The position numbers and the translations under genes are program-made. A stretch of 24,000 bases of DNA, from the NCBI RefSeq assembly GCF_026342435.1, contig NZ_JAPEMT010000001.1:647993-671992 (forward strand). Direction: 5' to 3'. The notes under the pieces are model-generated. The model saw nothing but the letters and a program-made list of their open reading frames with translations, did no database searches and was not told the origin of the DNA. Numbering within the stretch: position 1 is the first letter of the stretch; each line of letters begins with the position of its first letter. This DNA is from Streptomyces sp. NBC_00237. GTDB lineage: Bacteria > Actinomycetota > Actinomycetes > Streptomycetales > Streptomycetaceae. Positions 7,488 to 14,600 of the stretch are shown here, one piece after another.

Positions 7488-9569
7488 ATGAGTCGTCGGT
7501 CGAGTGGGCTGATCGGCACCTGGGCGGAGGCGCAGCGGCAGCAGCAGCGCCGGATGGAGGCCCAGCAGCGGGCTCAGGTTCAGCAGCAGCGTGCGTACGA
7601 GCGGGAGAGGGCGCGGGCGGACCGGCAGCAGCAGGCGGCGTACCGGCAGCTTCGTGAGGCGGAGGCGCGGCGGCGTACGGAAGAGCTGGGTGCTGAGGTG
7701 GCCCGGTTGGAGGGGTTGCTTGCTGCGGGGTGTCGGGCGGTTCCGTTCCGGGTGGGTGCGTTGGTGCGGTCGGAGGTGTTGGAGCCTTTTGCGCCGGGGC
7801 AGTTGGCGGTGCCGGTGGTGATGCCGGATCCCGCGCGGTATCAGGCGCAGGGTGGTGGGTGGACCGCTGCGCGTCGGGCGCAGGCGCAGGAGGAGGCGCG
7901 GGCCCGGTTCGAGCGGGACTGGCATGCGGCGCAGGCGGCGGAGGCGCAGCGGCAGCGGCAGTTGGCGGGGTATCGGCAGCAGTACGACGCGTGGGCGGCG
8001 GCTCGGTTGGCGGAGGTGCGTGGGCACAACGCGGGGATTGCCGGGATGGCGGATGCGTTGCGTGCGGGTGAGCCGGAGACGGTGGTGGAGTTCTTTTCGG
8101 CGGCGTTGTACGCGTCGGCGGCGTGGCCGGAGGGGTTTCCGCGGCGGGTGTCGGGTGCGTTCGACCGGGGTGGGCGTCAGCTGGTGCTGAATTGGGAGCT
8201 GCCGGGGTTCGAGGTGGTTCCTGGGGTGAAGTCGGTGCGTTTTGTGGCGAGTGCTGATGAGGAGCGGGAGTCCGCGCGTCCGATGACGCAGCGCAAGGCG
8301 TTGTATCGGAGTGTGTTGGCGCAGTGTGTGTTGTTGGCGTTGCGGGATGTGTTTGTGGCGGATGAGTTCGGGGCGTTGGACTCGGTGGTGTTGAACGGGT
8401 TCGTTGATGGTCTGGATCCGGTGACGGGGCAGCCGGCTGAGGTTTTTCTGAGCACGGTGATGGTGGAGAAGGCTGCTTTTGGGGCGTTGAATCTGGAGTT
8501 CGTGGCGGCGGTGGACTGTCTGGTGGAGGGGTTGCGGGGGCAGTTGTCGGCGCGGCCGGATCAGCGGGTGGCGGTGCGGCCGGGGCGGTTGCCGGAGCAG
8601 GTGGGGTCGGGGGTGGTGTCGCACGGGGCGGATGGTGAGCCGGATTTGCTGGAGATGGATCCGGTGGAGTTCGAGGGGTTGGTCGCTGAGTTGTTCCGGG
8701 CTCGGGGGATGCAGGCGGTGATGACGCAGCGGTCGAATGATGGCGGGGTGGATGTGGATGCGTTGGATCCGGATCCGATCAGTGGCGGGAAGATCATTGT
8801 TCAGGTGAAGCGGTATCGGAACACGGTGCCGCCGAGTGCGGTGCGTGATCTGTTTGGGACGGTGCAGGGGGCGGGGGCGAACAAGGGTGTTCTGGTGACG
8901 ACGTCGGGGTTCGGGCCGGGGTCGTACACGTTTGCTCAGGGGAAGCCGTTGACGTTGGTGTCGGGGACGGAGTTGGTGGATCTGCTGCATCGGTGTGGTT
9001 TGCGCGGCAGGTTGGGTGGTGCGGGTGCGGGTGCGGTGGCGCCGGTTCCCTCGCCCAGGGAGCCGGGCGATGCGAGTGGTTCCGACGACTTCAACGTGTT
9101 GGGTATGACGTGGGCGGGGGCCGTGGCGCTGGACGTCTGTGCGTTGGTGTGCACGGGTGGTCGGGTGTTGGGGGAGGAGTACTTCGTCTTCTTCAACAAT
9201 TCCCGGACGCCGGACGGTGCTGTGTGCATGGTTCCGGGTGTGGCGGGTGATCGGGCTGCTGTGCGGGTGGCGTTCGACGGGTTGCCGAGGGGGGCGGACC
9301 GCCTCGTTCTGGTGGCGTCCGTGGATGTCGAGACGAATCCGGGTGCCGACTTGTCGGGTTTCACGGATGCGAGTGTGTTGTTGCGGGATGTGTCGGGTGC
9401 TGAGCTGGGCAGGCTGCCGGTGGCGGATGGGAGGCCGGGGGAGACGGCTCTGGTGTTGGGGTCCTTCCGGCGGCGTAGCAGTGGCGACTGGGATTTCGTT
9501 GCCGGTGGGAAGGGGTATCGGGGCGGTCTGGGTGAATTGATCGAGGATCACGGGGTCGAGGTCGAGTAG
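7488..9569 (+). CDS. Coiled-coil / Mrr-type (PD-(D/E)xK) restriction endonuclease / TerD-domain fusion protein (693 aa)
   Basis: ATG 7488 is preceded by the SD GGGGGAGGG (7472-7480). The earlier ATG at 7350 in the track ORF overlaps the tRNA. Aa ~12-180 are Q/R/A/E-rich. Aa ~387-501 are FEGLVAELFRARGMQ...SNDGGVDVDA...IIVQVKRY...ANKGVLVTTSGF...TELVDLL (Mrr catalytic core). Aa ~536-693 are ALDVCALV...YFVFFNNSRTPDGAV...RLVLVASVD...WDFVAGGKGYRGGLGELIEDHGV (TerD fold). Confidence 0.85.
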   Translation: MSRRSSGLIGTWAEAQRQQQRRMEAQQRAQVQQQRAYERERARADRQQQAAYRQLREAEARRRTEELGAEVARLEGLLAAGCRAVPFRVGALVRSEVLEPFAPGQLAVPVVMPDPARYQAQGGGWTAARRAQAQEEARARFERDWHAAQAAEAQRQRQLAGYRQQYDAWAAARLAEVRGHNAGIAGMADALRAGEPETVVEFFSAALYASAAWPEGFPRRVSGAFDRGGRQLVLNWELPGFEVVPGVKSVRFVASADEERESARPMTQRKALYRSVLAQCVLLALRDVFVADEFGALDSVVLNGFVDGLDPVTGQPAEVFLSTVMVEKAAFGALNLEFVAAVDCLVEGLRGQLSARPDQRVAVRPGRLPEQVGSGVVSHGADGEPDLLEMDPVEFEGLVAELFRARGMQAVMTQRSNDGGVDVDALDPDPISGGKIIVQVKRYRNTVPPSAVRDLFGTVQGAGANKGVLVTTSGFGPGSYTFAQGKPLTLVSGTELVDLLHRCGLRGRLGGAGAGAVAPVPSPREPGDASGSDDFNVLGMTWAGAVALDVCALVCTGGRVLGEEYFVFFNNSRTPDGAVCMVPGVAGDRAAVRVAFDGLPRGADRLVLVASVDVETNPGADLSGFTDASVLLRDVSGAELGRLPVADGRPGETALVLGSFRRRSSGDWDFVAGGKGYRGGLGELIEDHGVEVE

Positions 9570-9582
9570 GTCGGTGATGGGT

Positions 9583-9612
9583 GGGCCTGGCGGGGGTGGG
9601 TCCGCCAGGCCC
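9583..9612. terminator. Bidirectional terminator hairpin between convergent genes
   Basis: GGGCCTGGCGG-GGGTGGGT-CCGCCAGGCCC is a perfect 11-bp stem. It lies between stop 9569 (+) and stop 9627 (-). Confidence 0.6.
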
Positions 9613-9626
9613 GGAGGCGCCGGCGG

Positions 9627-11033
9627 TCAGCGGCCCGCGACGCGGTCGGCCCAGCGGGCGATGGGGTGGGTGGTGGTCGTGTGGCCGGTCAGTTCGCGGC
9701 GGTCGGCTTCGCGGTAGGCGGCGTACATGCCCTGGACGCCGAGCCAGCGGAAGGGTTCGGGCTCCCACTTGCGGACCTTGTGGTTGACCCAGGGGAGGGT
9801 GGTGAGGTCGGTGGCGCCGCCTTCGCCGGAGTCCTGGAGGAAGAGGTCGCGCAGCGTGCGGGCGGCGAGGTTGGTGGTGGCGACGCCGGAGCCCACGTAG
9901 CCGCCCGCCCAGCCGAGGCCGGTGGAGCGGTCCAGGGTGACGGTGGAGCACCAGTCGCGGGGGACGCCGAGGACGCCGGACCAGGCGTGGGCGATGCCGG
10001 TGCCCGCGAGGGTGGGGAAGAAGCGGACCAGGATGTCGCGCAGGGCGGCGACGGTGGCGGGCTGGGTGCGGCCGTCGTTGTCGGTGCGGGAGCCGAAGCG
10101 GTAGGGGACGCCCCGGCCGCCGATGGCGATGCGGTCGTCGGCGGTGCGCTGGGCGTACATGTACGCGTGGGCCATGTCGCCGAGGTTCTCGCGGCCGTCC
10201 CAGCCGATGGTCTCCCAGAGGGTGGAGGGGATGGGGTCGGTGACGATCATGGAGCTGTTCATGGGGAGCCAGTCGCGCTTCTGGCCCTTGAGGTTCGGGG
10301 TGAAGCCCTCGGTGCAGCGCAGGATGTACGGGGCGCGGACCGTGCCGTAGGGGGTGTGGGCGTGCTTCGGGGTGATCTCGGTGACGGGGGTCGACTCGTG
10401 GAGGGTGACCCCGAGCGCCTCGACCGTGTCGGCGAGGCCCTTGACGAGCTTGGCCGGGTGCAGGCGGGCGCCGTGCGGGGTCCAGGTGGAGCCGACGGCT
10501 CCGGCGACGCGGATGCGGGCGGCGGTGTCGCGGGCGCCGAGGAGGATCCGGTCCTTCTCACCGAAGGCGAGTTCGGTGGCGTGGAAGGAGCGGAGGCGGC
10601 TGAACTGGGCGGGGGTGTAGGCGACTTCGAGGACGCCGCCCTGGTGGATGTCGGCGTCGATTCCCTCGGCTGCGGCGGTGGTGACGACTTCGGTGACGGT
10701 GTCGTTCATGGCGTGCTGGAGGCGGGTGGCGGCCTCCTGGCCGTGGAGTTTCGCGTAGCGGTTGCGGCCCGCGATGCCGTTGTAGAGCCAGCCGCCGTTG
10801 CGTCCTGAGGCTCCGTAGCCGCAGAACTTGGCTTCGAGGACGGTGATGTTGAGGAAGGGGACGGCCTTCTTGAGGTAGTACGCCGTCCACAGGCCCGTGT
10901 AGCCGCCGCCGACGATGCAGACGTCGGCGGTCGCATCGCCGGGGAGGGGCTCGCGGGGGGTGGGTATGCCGTGGTCGGCGTACCAGAAGGAGATGCCTCC
11001 GTTGGTGGTGCGGGGGGTGGGGGTGCTGCTCAT
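9627..11033 (-). CDS. FAD-dependent oxidoreductase (DAO family; gamma-glutamylputrescine/amine oxidase-like)
   Basis: Track ORF of 468 aa. The N-terminal Rossmann motif is DVCIVGGGYTGLWTAYYL...GASGRNGGW. Codon usage is C/G-ending and core-like. A GAAGG SD lies upstream of ATG 11031-11033. Confidence 0.8.
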   Translation of the reverse strand: MSSTPTPRTTNGGISFWYADHGIPTPREPLPGDATADVCIVGGGYTGLWTAYYLKKAVPFLNITVLEAKFCGYGASGRNGGWLYNGIAGRNRYAKLHGQEAATRLQHAMNDTVTEVVTTAAAEGIDADIHQGGVLEVAYTPAQFSRLRSFHATELAFGEKDRILLGARDTAARIRVAGAVGSTWTPHGARLHPAKLVKGLADTVEALGVTLHESTPVTEITPKHAHTPYGTVRAPYILRCTEGFTPNLKGQKRDWLPMNSSMIVTDPIPSTLWETIGWDGRENLGDMAHAYMYAQRTADDRIAIGGRGVPYRFGSRTDNDGRTQPATVAALRDILVRFFPTLAGTGIAHAWSGVLGVPRDWCSTVTLDRSTGLGWAGGYVGSGVATTNLAARTLRDLFLQDSGEGGATDLTTLPWVNHKVRKWEPEPFRWLGVQGMYAAYREADRRELTGHTTTTHPIARWADRVAGR

Positions 11034-11257
11034 GGCGGGCCTTCGTCCTGTTCGGCTTCGGGGCTTCGGCTTCTGGTCTTCGGGTGCGGTGGTCGGCGCT
11101 GGCCGGTGCTGGTCGGCGGTGGTGCGGGGACGCTAGCGGGCGGGGGTGGGGGGCGCAATGGGCGTGGAGGGGTGTGGTCGGGGGGTGCTGCTCGACGGTG
11201 TGTCGGGGGGCGGATGTGCGGGCGCGACCTCGTGGGGGGTGTGGGCGTTGGACGGGT

Positions 11258-12448
11258 ATGACCGAAGTTCTGTTTCTGCCGCCGCAGCTGGTGTCGTCGT
11301 CCGTGCCCTCGTCCTTCGAGGGGCTGGTCCTGAGGTCGGAGAGGGTGGAGCGGATCGGTGATCACCGGTGGTCGGCGTGGGTGGGGGCCGATCAGTTGGT
11401 GGAGTGGGAGTGGGAGGGGGGTCGTCGCGGCTATCTGGGTGAGAGTGCTGCCAATGTCGAGTTGACGGAGCTGTTGTGGCAACGGCCGTGGGACTTCGGG
11501 GTGGTGGGGTCCGTGGTGCTGGGCGCACGGGAGGTGCGGGTGGTGCCGACGGGGTTGCGGGGCGGGGGGATGGTGCAGGTGTCCGGGCCCGAAGTGCTGG
11601 ATGGTGTGCAGCGGTTGGGGGTGCTGGCGAGGGCGGTCGCGGAGGGGTTGGCCGCCGAGTCGCTGGAGCGGTCCGTGGTGCGCGTCGAGCTGGTGACGGG
11701 GCCTGCCGTCGACGTCGTACGGGGAGAGCTGGACGCGGAGGACCGGCGGCGGAACCCGGCGACCGCGCAGGACGAGTTGGTGCGGGACGCGAACGTGCTG
11801 CGGGTGATGCGGCAGTTCCGGGCGGACGGGGTGCGGTTCGCGGTGCGCAGGGGTGAGGTGCGGGAGCCGTACGGGGCCGAGCGGTGCATGACGGTTGAGG
11901 AGGCGACGTCGGCGCTGGCGTGTTTGGCGCCGGGGGCTCGGCTGGAGGTGGCGCACGCGGCGGACGGCGCGGCGGGGAGGGAGCGGCTGTGGGCGGACCG
12001 GGGAGGGGAGGCGTACCGCACGGTCTTCAACGAGAGCACCGAGGCGGTGGGGGTGCTGCGGGCGGTCGAGATCGCTCGTTGCGTACGGGGTGTGGTGGGG
12101 CGGATGGGACGCGGGAAGCGGTACGGGCACGCGCATCTGTGGCGGGACGTGCCGCAGTTGGCCGTGTGGGCGGTGGGGCGTCAGCTGCCGCTGGTGGAGC
12201 TGCACCGGGAGGGGCGGGGGGTGGGTGCGGTGGACTGGGACGTGTTGGTGCGGGACCGGCTGGAGGCGCTGACGGTGGGGGTGGCTGAGGGTTTGCGGGA
12301 GGCGTATGAGGTGCTGCGGCCGACCGGGGAGAGCGGGAAGCGGCTGCGGCACGCGGAGGTCAGGGGGCTGGGGTTCTGGACGGAGCTGATGGAGGCGTAC
12401 GAGGAGTGCGGGGTGTACGCGGACGCCGCGGCTTTGGACTCCTTGTGA
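11258..12448 (+). CDS. Hypothetical protein (396 aa), function unassigned; contains a DGxQR-like motif
   Basis: This is an in-frame ATG at 11258 within track ORF 11084..12448, and translation upstream of it is Gly/Arg/Trp junk. The composition is protein-like with G-ending, TTG-rich codons. The motif EVLDGVQRLGVLA is reminiscent of the DGQQR motif of DUF262/ParB-like proteins, and the later segment NPATAQDELVRDANVLRVMRQF is vaguely AIPR-like. Both are unverified. Confidence 0.55.
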   Translation: MTEVLFLPPQLVSSSVPSSFEGLVLRSERVERIGDHRWSAWVGADQLVEWEWEGGRRGYLGESAANVELTELLWQRPWDFGVVGSVVLGAREVRVVPTGLRGGGMVQVSGPEVLDGVQRLGVLARAVAEGLAAESLERSVVRVELVTGPAVDVVRGELDAEDRRRNPATAQDELVRDANVLRVMRQFRADGVRFAVRRGEVREPYGAERCMTVEEATSALACLAPGARLEVAHAADGAAGRERLWADRGGEAYRTVFNESTEAVGVLRAVEIARCVRGVVGRMGRGKRYGHAHLWRDVPQLAVWAVGRQLPLVELHREGRGVGAVDWDVLVRDRLEALTVGVAEGLREAYEVLRPTGESGKRLRHAEVRGLGFWTELMEAYEECGVYADAAALDSL

Positions 12449-13115
12449 CGGGGTGGCAGGCGAGGCCGATGAGGACGGCGGTGAAGTGGCCGACGTCGGT
12501 GAAGGTGCGGCCGGTGACGAGGGGGAGGGCGTAGAAGGTGAGGACGCCGAAGAGGTAGAGGTAGCGCCAGGGGGTGGGGATGCGGTAGGCGAGCACGGCG
12601 ACGATGCCCGCGAGCGCGTAACTCACCCCCACGTCCAGGGTGTTGACGGATTCCGGCGGGGCGATGCCGTGGCGGATCGCCCAGGCGAGGATGCCTTCGC
12701 TGAGGTAGGTGGCCCCGACGTGGGCCGTGAGGACGACGAGGAGCCAGCGGGCGGTGCCGAGCCAGCGTTCGGCGGGGGCGTGGAAGAGGGTGTAGAGGAC
12801 GGCGTAGAGGAGCCAGCCGCGCAGGCCGTTGTCGCCGTCGATCCAGAAGGCGGAGGTGATGAGGACGCGGCTGGGGTCCTGGGTCAGGTGGTGGATGTTG
12901 GTGGAGCGCTGGCGGAGGAACTCGTCGGTGAAGGCGGGGTCCATGTGGCGCATGACGACGGTGGTGACGAAGAGGGCGAGGAGCCAGAGGTGGGTGCCGG
13001 GGGTGGAGCGGAGGTAGGTGAGGGCGTGATGGAGGGGGCGGGGCATGGATCGATTGTGGGGGTATGGGGTGATTTGGGCGGGCATCTGTGGTTCGTACGG
13101 CGATTGAGGAGGCAC
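12360..13115 (-). CDS. Polytopic membrane protein (rhomboid-like protein family, as remembered for Streptomyces homologues)
   Basis: Track ORF of 251 aa with about six hydrophobic helices (HLWLLALFVTTVV, WLLYAVLYTLFHAPAERWLG, WLLVVLTAHVGATYLSEGILAWAI, VGVSYALAGIVAVLAY, LYLFGVLTFYALPLV, GHFTAVLIGLACHP). The start is uncertain (GTG 13115, ATG 13085 or ATG 13046). The Pro/Arg/Thr-rich C-terminal tail overlaps the 3' end of 11258..12448 by 89 nt. Confidence 0.6.
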   Translation of the reverse strand: MPPQSPYEPQMPAQITPYPHNRSMPRPLHHALTYLRSTPGTHLWLLALFVTTVVMRHMDPAFTDEFLRQRSTNIHHLTQDPSRVLITSAFWIDGDNGLRGWLLYAVLYTLFHAPAERWLGTARWLLVVLTAHVGATYLSEGILAWAIRHGIAPPESVNTLDVGVSYALAGIVAVLAYRIPTPWRYLYLFGVLTFYALPLVTGRTFTDVGHFTAVLIGLACHPVTRSPKPRRPRTPRTPRTPPSAPSRTPAP

Positions 13116-13119
13116 GGGG

Positions 13120-14055
13120 ATGGGCGAGCGGTACGCGTACGGGGGCGGGGTCGAGGTCCCGGCAGGGCTGGTGGAGGAGCAGCTCCGGTGGAACGGGGAG
13201 GAGGAGCGGGCCTGGGTGGCCGGACTGCCGGGTCAGGTCCGTGGGTGGCTGGAGGAGTGGGGGCTGCGGCGGGACGGGGCGGCGATGCACGGGGCGGCGG
13301 CGCTCGTGCTGCCCGTGGTGCGGGTGGCGGACGGGGGCGCGGCCGTGCTCAAGCTTCAGCTCCGGGACGAGGAGAACGAGGGAGAGGTTCCGGCGCTGCG
13401 GGCGTGGGCGGGGTGCGGCGTGGTGGAGGTGCTGGCGGCCGATGCCGGGCGCGGGGCCGTGCTGCTGGAGCGGCTCGACGAGGGGCGGTCGCTGGGCGGG
13501 GTGCCGGATGCTCTGGACGGCGTACAGGTGATCGCGGAGGCATTGGCGCGGCTGAACGCGGTGCCCGCTCCGGCGGGTGTGCGGAGGCTGGGGGACATCG
13601 CTGCCGGGATGCTCGACGACGTACCGGAGCTGCTGCCGGGTCTTGCCGATCCGGGGGAGCGCAGGCTGCTGGAGAAGTGCGCGGGCGCGGTGCGGGAGGT
13701 GGCGGGGGAGGCCGGGGACCGGTTGCTGCACTGGGATCTGCACGAGGAGAACGTGCTGGCGCCACGGGCGGACTCGGGGAGGGGCGAGCCGTGGGTGGTG
13801 ATCGATCCGAAGCCGCTGGCGGGGGACCCGGGCTTCGAGCTGTTCCCGGCGATCAAGAACCGGTTCGAGGAGGGGGAGGTGCTGCGGCGGTTCGATCTGA
13901 TGAGTGAGGTGATGGGGCTGGACCGGGGGCGGGCGGCGGCGTGGACGCTCGGGCGGGTGCTCCAGGACTGTCTGTGGGAGCTGGGGGACGGGGAGGTCCG
14001 GATGCCGGATGCGCATGTGGTGGTGGCGGAGGTGCTGCTTAGGGTGCGGTCATGA
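13120..14055 (+). CDS. Aminoglycoside phosphotransferase, APH(6)/streptomycin 6-kinase-like
   Basis: Track ORF of 311 aa. The SD GAGGAGG lies 8 nt upstream of ATG 13120. The kinase catalytic loop is LLHWDLHEENVL and the following motif is WVVIDPKPLAGDPGFEL, as in the APH(6)/hydroxyurea-kinase family. The stop overlaps the next start (ATGA at 14052-14055). Confidence 0.75.
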   Translation: MGERYAYGGGVEVPAGLVEEQLRWNGEEERAWVAGLPGQVRGWLEEWGLRRDGAAMHGAAALVLPVVRVADGGAAVLKLQLRDEENEGEVPALRAWAGCGVVEVLAADAGRGAVLLERLDEGRSLGGVPDALDGVQVIAEALARLNAVPAPAGVRRLGDIAAGMLDDVPELLPGLADPGERRLLEKCAGAVREVAGEAGDRLLHWDLHEENVLAPRADSGRGEPWVVIDPKPLAGDPGFELFPAIKNRFEEGEVLRRFDLMSEVMGLDRGRAAAWTLGRVLQDCLWELGDGEVRMPDAHVVVAEVLLRVRS

Positions 14056-14408
14056 TTCGCAGAGCGGTGGTCGAGGACGTTCCGGAGATTCATGCCATGG
14101 TGCGGGAACTCGCCGAGTACGAGAAGGCGTTGGACGAGGTGAGGGCGAGCGAGGAGCAGCTGCGGGAGGCGCTCTTCGGGGAGAGTCCGGCGGCTTTCGC
14201 CCATGTGGCGGAGGGTGAGGGCGGGGAGGCCGTCGGGTTCGCGCTGTGGTTCCTGAGCTTCTCGACGTGGCGGGGGGTGCACGGGATCTACCTGGAGGAC
14301 CTGATACGTGCGGCCGACGGTGCGGGGCGGCGGGCACGGAAGGCGCTGCTGGCCGAGCTGGCGCGGACGTGCGTGGAGCGGGGGTACGAGCGGCTGGAGT
14401 GGTCGGTG

Positions 14409-14600
14409 GTCAACTACTCGGCCGTAAACGACCGAGCTTGGAGACTCAGTCCGAACGGCTTTGTTTATGCTCCCGACTGCCCCCTACGGCAGGGCGGTCA
14501 CGGGGCACATTTCTCCTGCCCTGGCTAGGCCGGGGGAGGATCGGGCATGTTGACGAAGGCCCACGCCGAGCGTGCGCGGTTGCGTACGTTGACCCCGGCG
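14409..14600 (-). ncRNA. Predicted TnpB omega/right-end RNA scaffold (5' boundary uncertain)
   Basis: By analogy with characterised TnpB systems, the guide RNA spans the tnpB 3' end and the right end of the element. Here this region contains the 14417-14436 hairpin and ends at the IS/GNAT junction. The adjacent flank would be the guide. Confidence 0.35.

Noticed and set aside
7137-9551. Upstream 800 aa of the 1273-aa minus-strand ORF (5730..9551)
   Set aside because: Only the last ~430-470 aa are TnpB. The rest runs antisense through the tRNA-Thr gene and the Mrr-TerD gene. It is Pro/Arg/His/Gln/Leu-rich low complexity and exists only because the plus strand is G-rich (no stop codons on the C-rich complement).
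11030-14016. Minus-strand ORFs 11030..12352 (440 aa) and 12181..14016 (611 aa)
   Set aside because: These are antisense shadows of the 11258..12448 and APH(6) genes. They are extreme Pro/Arg/His composition with no domains. Within this span only the 12360..13115 frame looks like a real (membrane) protein.
14409-14528. C-terminal 39 aa of the 158-aa GNAT ORF 14052..14528 (VNYSAVNDRAWRLSPNG...)
   Set aside because: This part is read-through into the right end of the IS. The true GNAT C-terminus (LKWNRPTIDFYEALGA...) is found at 15927-16049.
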